A DNA stretch of 54,356 bases, taken from positions 1-54,356 of the forward strand of contig JACRAP010000016.1 of assembly GCA_016213365.1 (NCBI GenBank), given 5' to 3'. Shown here one piece after another: positions 49,618 through 54,356 of the stretch. The stretch is from Candidatus Berkelbacteria bacterium. GTDB lineage: Bacteria > Patescibacteriota > UBA1384 > 2-12-FULL-50-11. Position 1 is the first letter of the stretch; every line of letters begins with the position of its first letter. The position numbers were made by a program, and so were the translations under genes. Below the pieces are notes generated by a model that was not told where the DNA came from, did not search any database, and saw nothing but the letters and a program-made list of their open reading frames with translations.

Positions 49618-49730
49618 TAATGATGGTGCTCCTCGTTATTATTTCGGTCTTTTTTGCCTAAGAAAAACCAATAAGTTAAGAAAATTAACAATAATCCTAC
49701 TGCGATAACAATTATTTTGTCGCTAGACAT
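49617..49730 (-). CDS. 37-aa single-TM peptide with His tail, missing from the ORF track
   Basis: [37 protein letters not shown]; overlaps the upstream stop and the copA start (TAATG). Confidence 0.75.
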   Translation of the reverse strand: MSSDKIIVIAVGLLLIFLTYWFFLGKKDRNNNEEHHH

Positions 49731-49938
49731 ATGGAACCGCCTTATATCCACTAATATTCTCTATCGCTTCGATTAATTCTTCAGAATTGATTTTACTTTC
49801 ATCAAATTCAATTGTGGCCGTTTTACGTATCGGGTCTACTTTAATATTATTTACAAATTCAATTTCATCTTCTATTTCTTCGAGCAACATCACACAACTA
49901 CTGCAATGAATTTCTGGGATGTAATATTTAGCAACCAT
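49723..49938 (-). CDS. HMA-domain copper chaperone (CopZ-like)
   Basis: IHCSSC motif, 71 aa, C-terminal GY. Confidence 0.9.
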   Translation of the reverse strand: MVAKYYIPEIHCSSCVMLLEEIEDEIEFVNNIKVDPIRKTATIEFDESKINSEELIEAIENISGYKAVPYV

Positions 49939-50975
49939 TATTTAAAAACAATCCTTCCTGTGTACATGCCCATCGAACAACTAAATCTTAACGTTCCAGT
50001 TTGGGCCGGAATTTCTATTGACTCAGTACCGTCTTGTGGCAAAATTAATTGAATTCCCAGTTCGGGAATTGTAAAGGCGCGACTACAGCTATACACGTTA
50101 TTAGATTTTAACTTTATTGTTGTGGGCGTATTTGCTTTTGCCTCGATATTATTTGGTGAGTAACCGTAATCTAGAACATCTATCTCAATTATTTGCCCTT
50201 TTTGGGCGGGAGTAGTCTTGGTAATTTTTGGGGTTTCTTTATTTTTATTGTTTAAATAGCTTTGTTTGGCGTTAGCAAATGAAACAGGGGAACCCATTAA
50301 ATTTAACGAAGATTCAAGCGAGATTAATCCAAATATAAGAATAATAAGCGCAATTATGCGCACAAATTGTTTATGTAAATTTTCGCCGAGTTTTGTTGTA
50401 AAATATGCCAAGATAAAAAATACTGGACTGGCGCCAAGAGTGAACGCAAACATTATTAACGCTCCGTAGAGTGGATTGGCAGTGCCAATTGCAAGTAGCA
50501 TCATTGCTTGGGTTATTCCGCAGGGGATTAATACTGTTAATCCCCCTAAAAATACAGGGGTAATATAATCACGTTTTGAATTCTTGCTGAATTGACGGAT
50601 AAATTTCCGGATAAACTTTGGGGGTTGAAGATAAAAAATATTGAAGATCGGATGGACATTTAACATTCGTAGGCCTGTTCCGATCATAAAAACAGCAATT
50701 ACTAACAAAAGGATCGCCCGGGCGATCGGACCAAGCTGTAGCATCGTTCCAAACCAACCAAGTAATAATCCTAGTAATGTATAAACAAATATTTTTGCAA
50801 TTAAAAATAAAGAGATCGCGAAAATCGACTCGTTATTTTTATTAAAATTATCTTGTTGCTGGGAGTCGGTTGCTTCTTTTGCGATTACATTTGCCAGTAA
50901 TCCGCCCTGTACTGCTAAACAACTCAACCCGCCCGTGGTTAAACCAGTTAAAAATATCAGCCAAATATTTGGCAT
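49938..50975 (-). CDS. DsbD_2/TauE-like membrane protein with C-terminal cupredoxin-like domain
   Basis: SCLAVQGG and LIPCG in the TM region; GYSPN...C...FSCSMGMYTG at the C-terminus. Confidence 0.88.
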   Translation of the reverse strand: MPNIWLIFLTGLTTGGLSCLAVQGGLLANVIAKEATDSQQQDNFNKNNESIFAISLFLIAKIFVYTLLGLLLGWFGTMLQLGPIARAILLLVIAVFMIGTGLRMLNVHPIFNIFYLQPPKFIRKFIRQFSKNSKRDYITPVFLGGLTVLIPCGITQAMMLLAIGTANPLYGALIMFAFTLGASPVFFILAYFTTKLGENLHKQFVRIIALIILIFGLISLESSLNLMGSPVSFANAKQSYLNNKNKETPKITKTTPAQKGQIIEIDVLDYGYSPNNIEAKANTPTTIKLKSNNVYSCSRAFTIPELGIQLILPQDGTESIEIPAQTGTLRFSCSMGMYTGRIVFK

Positions 50976-51304
50976 TACTGACTCCTACTTTCGGATAATT
51001 CCTTGATTAAGTTCTGGGTAAATTGATTTTTCTCAAGCGAATAGTAAACAGTTTGAGCTTGTTTATTTGAGCTTAAAATATTTACGGCTTTTAATTTTTT
51101 TAACTGTCTTGAGGCGGCAGAAACCGATAATCCAACTAACGAGGCGATCTCACTTACGGACAATTCGGGGTGATTTCTAAAAAGATAGCAAATCTTCATT
51201 GCACTTGGGTCGCCGATGGTGCCGTGTCGCTCGGCGCAAGCACTAACAGCTTCGTTATTAGCCAGTTCTGATCTTATTTTTTGGTAATCTTTATTTGCAC
51301 CCAT
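50975..51304 (-). CDS. ArsR/SmtB-family transcriptional repressor
   Basis: SVSEIA...SAASRQL..L and VYYSL winged HTH; ATG at 51304 preferred because the TTG at 51340 is the -35 box. Confidence 0.88.
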   Translation of the reverse strand: MGANKDYQKIRSELANNEAVSACAERHGTIGDPSAMKICYLFRNHPELSVSEIASLVGLSVSAASRQLKKLKAVNILSSNKQAQTVYYSLEKNQFTQNLIKELSESRSQ

Positions 51305-51340
51305 ATGCAAATAATATACAAATTCGTATTTGCGTGTCAA
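51291..51340 (-). promoter_or_regulatory. copper operon promoter and operator
   Basis: TTGACA-N18-TATTAT-N6-ATG; inverted repeat TTATTTGCA-N6-TGCAAATAA at 51291-51314 and further CAAATA half-sites. Confidence 0.65.
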
Positions 51341-51392
51341 GGAAAATACAAATAATTACAAAAATTAACGAAAAAAAGGGTATAATACAGCC

Positions 51393-52343
51393 ATGGAAAC
51401 AATACTAAAAAATAAATTGATCGCAGTAATTATAGTGCTACTACTAATGACAATGGCTGGGTGCGTAATTTGGTATGGCACTAAAAATGCAAGTAATACC
51501 GATAATCAACAAAACAATAATCAAAAAACAAATAACACTCCAACTCCTACGCCTGACGACCCAACCAAGCCAACAAACAACACCACAACTGTAAAAATTT
51601 ATTTTAGCAAAACCGGCGACACCGATTGCTCTAAAGTTTACGCCATTAACCGCACAATTCCAAAGACTACCATGATCGGAACCGCCGCCCTAAATCAACT
51701 TTTTAAGGGGCCAACTGATACCGAAAAAACTAACGGCTATACTTCTTTATTTAGTTCTAAAACAGCCAATATTTTAAACTCACTTCAAGTTACAAACGGC
51801 GTCGCTTATGTAAATTTGAAAGATATCCGAACCCTTATTCCAAGCGCTTCAAGTAGCTGTGGTAGTGCTCAATTTATCGCCGAAGTTGAAAGTACTTTAG
51901 AGCAATTTAATACCGTTAAAAAGGTGGTAAATGCGATCGATAGCGATGTTGAAAAGTTTTACGAGTGGGTTCAAATTGGTTGCCAGATTAGTAACAATTT
52001 GTGCGAAAATGCACCACTAAAAACCAACTTAGTTAAAGTAACTTCGCCTAGAAGTAGCGCAAAGATTTCAAGCCCTGTTAGTATTACCGGCGAGGCGCGC
52101 GGTAGCTGGTTTTTCGAAGCAAGTTTTCCGATTAAAATAGTTGACGAGCAAGGTAAAGTAATCGGTAGCGGTATTGCAACTGCAACTAGCGACTGGATGA
52201 CATCGAACTTCGTGCCGTTTACTGCTAATATCAGCTTTACAGCTCCAGCTACAACTTATGGCGCGATTATCCTGGAGAGGGATAATCCTTCAGGCCTTGC
52301 GATTAATGACGATAGTGTGAGGGTGTTTGTTAGATTTAAATAA
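51393..52343 (+). CDS. membrane-anchored GerMN plus Gmad2 Ig-like domain protein
   Basis: VKIYF, AL..L.KGPT..E...GY and TL.QF.TV (GerMN); ITGEARG.WFFEASFPI and LERDNPSG (Gmad2). Confidence 0.85.
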   Translation: METILKNKLIAVIIVLLLMTMAGCVIWYGTKNASNTDNQQNNNQKTNNTPTPTPDDPTKPTNNTTTVKIYFSKTGDTDCSKVYAINRTIPKTTMIGTAALNQLFKGPTDTEKTNGYTSLFSSKTANILNSLQVTNGVAYVNLKDIRTLIPSASSSCGSAQFIAEVESTLEQFNTVKKVVNAIDSDVEKFYEWVQIGCQISNNLCENAPLKTNLVKVTSPRSSAKISSPVSITGEARGSWFFEASFPIKIVDEQGKVIGSGIATATSDWMTSNFVPFTANISFTAPATTYGAIILERDNPSGLAINDDSVRVFVRFK

Positions 52344-52344
52344 T

Positions 52345-52537
52345 TTGCGCCCCGGGAGGGAATACTCACTACGTTCGTTTCCCTCCCGGCAATCAAAAAA
52401 CGCACGGACAAGCCGTACGTTTTTCAATTTGCGCCCCGGGAGGGAATAACCTCACCTTGTTCGGTTTTCCCTCCCTCTAGGGCAACAAAAAACGTGTGAT
52501 CAAGTCACACGTTTTCCGTTGCGCCCCGGGAGGGAAT
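52345..52537 (-). repeat. tandem array of tRNA-Arg 3'-end repeats with hairpin spacers
   Basis: TTGCGCCCCGGGAGGGAAT at 52345, 52429 and 52519 (the last is the tRNA itself); periods 84 and 90 nt. Confidence 0.92.
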
Positions 52538-52595
52538 CGAACCCCCGACCTTGACGTTAGAACCGTCTTGCTCTAATCCGCTGAGCTACCGGGGC
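52522..52595 (-). tRNA. tRNA-Arg(TCT)
   Basis: Reverse strand GCCCCGG...CCGGGGC-G; A20 present; anticodon loop GT-TCT-AA. Confidence 0.92.
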
Positions 52596-52750
52596 AATAT
52601 ACAGGGCGTGTTTCTAATAAAGTACGTAGTGCGCTCGGCTCTTATTTGTGCCCTGTTTATTATGGCACAAACAGAGCCTTCCGTTCGGCAGTTGCTGGCC
52701 GTCCACCGGACGCCCAGCTGATGCTGCCTCATGCTGAGCTACCGGGGCAA
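52580..52750 (-). repeat. palindromic cassette flanked by an 18-bp repeat of the tRNA-Arg 5' end
   Basis: GCTGAGCTACCGGGGCAA at 52580 and 52733, with two long imperfect hairpins between. Confidence 0.9.
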
Positions 52751-52779
52751 AATTATTGACGCAACTACCGTATTTTACC

Positions 52780-53385
52780 TTAATTACGCTTAAATTTTAA
52801 TCTTTTTATAAAATAACCGCCTCCCGGGGGGAGGCGGTATCGAAGAGGGGATTGGGACTTAGGCACGTACATCACCACATCTTCCAACATCCACTTACCA
52901 ACTCTTTTCATGTAAATGTACCAGACCAGCTTTGTCGCCCTGATCGGTTCTGGAGCACCTACCTTTAGGTTAGCTTCCGAGTCAGAAGGAAAACTGAAGG
53001 TCCACACCACGATTTCATCTTTAACTCTTTCAAGTGCTCTGATGATTTCCTGGGGTGGCTTGTCGGGTTCATTCCCGAAAGCAGAATACCGATTCATTTT
53101 CTGGTCGATGGATTCAAGCGAGAATTTTTTGTTCCTCGCTCTCTCCTCCATAGTTAGCTGGATCGTTCGAATCGCTTTTGCGAATGTTAAAATTCGCATT
53201 TCTCGTTCAAATTCACCACCCACAATGGGCATGATCTTGGTGAAGAGCCCTTCCTCCCTCACCGTCTCAAACCCACCCTTTCGAGCGGCCTCGACGAAGC
53301 TTTTGGCTGCGTCGAACTTGGTTGGGGGCGTGCTCGTTTGCATCGAGCAAGCCAATAACAACGATAATGTGCATCCGGTGAACAA
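52780..53385 (-). CDS. hypothetical lipoprotein-like orphan
   Basis: AAGGAGGTGA SD before a TTG start; LLLAC lipobox-like motif. Confidence 0.65.
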   Translation of the reverse strand: MFTGCTLSLLLACSMQTSTPPTKFDAAKSFVEAARKGGFETVREEGLFTKIMPIVGGEFEREMRILTFAKAIRTIQLTMEERARNKKFSLESIDQKMNRYSAFGNEPDKPPQEIIRALERVKDEIVVWTFSFPSDSEANLKVGAPEPIRATKLVWYIYMKRVGKWMLEDVVMYVPKSQSPLRYRLPPGGGYFIKRLKFKRN

Positions 53386-53440
53386 ATCTCACCTCCTTGT
53401 AACAAAAAATTATACGCCTAATATGGCCAATTTCAAGTAA

Positions 53441-53926
53441 CTATCGACCCAAAAAATATCCAACAAGTACTGATAAAATAATAACCCCACCACCAACTAA
53501 GGTAATTTTTACAGCGCTTAGAATCGGGTTTTTCTTAACGTATCTACCCTTGTAAATACCAACCAAAAAGAGCGCTAGTAGCGAAAAAGTAATTGAAAAA
53601 TAAAAAGCTATTTTCGGCTCAACGATAAATATATAAGGCAATAACGGAATTAACCCCATCGTTAAATACGAAATAAACATCACGCCAGCATCTTTGGACT
53701 GATTGTCTTTTTGGTTTTGTTGAGAAATCTCGTTACTAGTTTCTTCAGATAAATATACGCCTGCGGCCATCGACAATGCCTCAACTAAAATTAGTATTAA
53801 TCCGCTAACAATAATACTTTTATTACTTAACCCTGCAAAACTAATACCAGAAAGTAGCCCCACAGTAGAAACTAAGCTATCTTCCGAACCAAAAATAAAA
53901 TTTCTGATAAATCCTCTGCGTTGCAT
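53441..53926 (-). CDS. VIT1/CCC1-family metal transporter
   Basis: FG.EDSLVST.GL, ALSMA.G.YLSE and GLIPLLPY motifs. Confidence 0.92.
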   Translation of the reverse strand: MQRRGFIRNFIFGSEDSLVSTVGLLSGISFAGLSNKSIIVSGLILILVEALSMAAGVYLSEETSNEISQQNQKDNQSKDAGVMFISYLTMGLIPLLPYIFIVEPKIAFYFSITFSLLALFLVGIYKGRYVKKNPILSAVKITLVGGGVIILSVLVGYFLGR

Positions 53927-53995
53927 AAGTACAGTTTACACCATTAGGAAAGCCCACGATTATAATCGATTCACCGAATTTCAAATGGAATTAGA

Positions 53996-54356
53996 TTATT
54001 TCTTATAAACAAAACCGCGCAAAGCCCAGAAGTTATTAGGAACAGATCTAGAACTTACGATATATCTACCGACGTAGTTCATTTCCATAACTGTGAAAGA
54101 GTTTGCCCCAACAGCAGATACGTAAGCAATGTGACCGTAGTAGGATTCTCTAGTAACCATAACCGCTCCAACTCTTGGTGTGCTACCAGTTGGAATTCCG
54201 CGCGAACGGGCGCTGTTTAAGTAATCGCGAGCGTTACCCATGCCGTTTGGTAAATCGGGTCTACGATAATTTACGTACCAAGTACACCAACCAGGCAAGC
54301 CACCGTTATAAGTACCGTACATTTTTCCAAGATTTGTATACCCACCCGAGCTATAA
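53996..54356 (-). CDS. CHAP-domain peptidoglycan hydrolase (C-terminal part; starts beyond the window)
   Basis: GWCTWYV, GNA, YGHIAYV and EMNY motifs; frame open to the window edge. Confidence 0.9.
   Translation of the reverse strand, partial: YSSGGYTNLGKMYGTYNGGLPGWCTWYVNYRRPDLPNGMGNARDYLNSARSRGIPTGSTPRVGAVMVTRESYYGHIAYVSAVGANSFTVMEMNYVGRYIVSSRSVPNNFWALRGFVYKK

Noticed and set aside
51305-51340. N-terminal extension of ArsR from the TTG at 51340
   Set aside because: That TTG is the -35 TTGACA and the region is promoter/operator
47341-52343. Intact integrative element at ssrA with attL/attR
   Set aside because: No second copy of the tmRNA 3' end and no integrase seen in the window
52345-52537. 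True CRISPR array
   Set aside because: The repeat is the tRNA 3' end, the 65-71 nt spacers are structured and related to each other, and there are no cas genes in the window
52555-52565. Amber-suppressor (CTA) reading of the tRNA at 52522-52595
   Set aside because: The stem register GACG/CGTC places TCT at positions 34-36, and A20 supports Arg identity
1-54356. Alternative genetic code (UGA=Gly, as in Gracilibacteria/Absconditabacteria)
   Set aside because: Long conserved genes are intact under code 11, and TGA serves as a stop in ATGA overlaps (mreB/mreC, serS)

Overview
Core-genome segment of a small-genome bacterium using the standard genetic code. Gene content (short AlaS, secG followed by a family-5 solute-binding protein, SecA with an expanded SEC-C motif, FtsA-like plus baseplate-J-like pair, long tmRNA tag) points to Patescibacteria/CPR; this is inference. 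The left half is housekeeping and cell envelope: comM, murE, SLT, alaS, ruvX-mltG-mreBCD-mrdA, a CdaR-like regulator, a two-component pair, greA, serS, secA, NRAMP and ftsEX with a CHAP hydrolase. The right half is more accessory: glycosyltransferases with a pilin, secreted orphans, a deacetylase, a cyclophilin, a glycoside hydrolase and a copper-resistance operon. There are 7 tRNAs and a tmRNA. No CRISPR array, integrase or transposase was seen. Best leads: (1) an XRE-HTH/Hsp20 fusion gene with a palindromic operator in its own promoter and a perfect internal Shine-Dalgarno that would also yield free Hsp20, suggesting a one-gene heat-shock feedback circuit; (2) palindromic cassettes beside four tRNAs, which at three of them duplicate the tRNA 5' and/or 3' ends, sharing a CTCRCT-N-CGYTCG / GNA-minihairpin motif; (3) an uncharacterised FtsA-like plus baseplate-J-like membrane pair upstream of the elongasome genes. 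Two small ORFs missed by the ORF track were also found. All calls come from reading the sequence; no searches were run.
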